Of a DNA stretch of 64,000 bases, positions 63,086 to 64,000 are shown one piece after another. The position numbers and the translations under genes were made by a program. Position 1 is the stretch's first letter; each line of letters opens with the position of its first letter. Below the pieces are notes generated by a model, which saw only the letters and a list, made by a program, of their open reading frames with translations, was not told where the DNA came from and ran no database searches. The stretch is from Octopus sinensis (taxonomy: Eukaryota): assembly GCF_006345805.1 (NCBI RefSeq), contig NC_043022.1, positions 3,472,001 to 3,536,000 on the forward strand, written 5' to 3'.

Positions 63086-64000
63086 ATGCCAGTGCCACCT
63101 GACTGGCTCTTGTGCCAGTGGCACGTAAAAAGCACCATTCGAGTGTGGTTGATGCCAGTGCCACCTGACTGGCTCTCGTACCGGTGGCATGTAAAAAGCA
63201 CTATTTGAGTGTGGTTGATGTCAGTGCCACCTGACCGGCTCTCGTAACAATGGCATGTAAAAAGCATCATTCGAGTGTGGTTGATGCCAGTGCCACCTGA
63301 CTGGCTCTGTGCCAGTGGCATGTAAAAAGCACCATTTGAGTGTGGTTGATGCCAGTGCTGCCATGACTGGCTCTTGTGCCAGTGGCATGTAAAAAGCACC
63401 ATTCGAGTGTGGTTGATGCCAGTGCCACCTGACTGGCTCTCGTGCCAATGGCATGTAAAAAGCATCATTCGAGTGTGGTTGATGCCAGTGCCACCTGACT
63501 GGCTCTCGTGCCAGTGGCATGTAAAAAGCACCATTCGAGTGTGGTTGATGCCAGTGCCACCTGACTGGCTCTCGTGCCAATGGCATGTAAAAAGCATCAT
63601 TCGAGTGTGGTTGATGCCAGTGCCACCTGACTGGCTCTCGTGCCAATGGCATGTAAAAAGCATCATTCGAGTGTGGTTGATGCCAGTGCCACCTGACTGG
63701 CTCTCGTGCCAATGGCATGTAAAAAGCATCATTCGAGTGTGGTTGATGCCAGTGCCACCTGACTGGCTCTCGTGCCAATGGCATGTAAAAAGCATCATTC
63801 GAGTGTGGTTGATGCCAGTGCCACCTGACTGGCTCTCGTGCCAATGGCATGTAAAAAGCATCATTCGAGTGTGGTTGATGCCAGTGCCACCTGACTGGCT
63901 CTTGTGCCAGTGGCATGTAAAAAGCATCATTCGAGTGTGGTTGATGCCAGTGCCACCTGACTGGCTCTTGTGCCAGTGGCATGTAAAAAGCACCATTTGA
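63086..64000. repeat. Minisatellite, 66-bp unit, about 14 copies, truncated by the window end
   Basis: The unit gccagtgccacctgactggctctcgtgccaatggcatgtaaaaagcatcattcgagtgtggttgat resembles the gtgccggtggcacgtaaaaagcacc LINE 3' UTR module. Confidence 0.95.

Noticed and set aside
63064-64000. 310-aa and 253-aa repetitive ORFs
   Set aside because: A 66-bp unit is a multiple of 3, so open frames arise trivially; the unit derives from a LINE 3' UTR module.

Overview
AT-rich, repeat-dense animal genomic DNA. The SINE/LINE repertoire and the (TA)n/(CA)n/(CAT)n load are most consistent with an octopus or other coleoid mollusc (inference). The whole window lies inside one minus-strand protein-coding gene, a Kinase suppressor of Ras (KSR) orthologue. 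I traced 14 phase-compatible GT-AG coding exons by hand (61313 down to 348; 1948 nt, about 649 codons). They encode the CA2 Pro-rich region, the atypical C1 domain, the Ser/Thr-rich region with the FxFP ERK-docking motif, and the N-terminal two thirds of the kinase domain; the 5' and 3' ends of the gene lie outside the window. The introns contain several tRNA-derived SINE families, RTE- and CR1-type LINE fragments, a mariner remnant, hAT/piggyBac/Helitron-like non-autonomous elements, long palindromes and several tandem arrays. The most interesting observations are: a 243-codon open in-frame extension of the FxFP exon ending at a second, same-phase donor; several hammerhead-ribozyme-like cores, including one in every unit of a 112-bp intronic array; a near-identical inverted SINE pair bracketing two exons that would circularise into a stop-free 813-nt frame; and a CpG-rich intronic island with two perfect CRE sites. 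Nearly all long ORFs in the supplied track are microsatellite or minisatellite artefacts.
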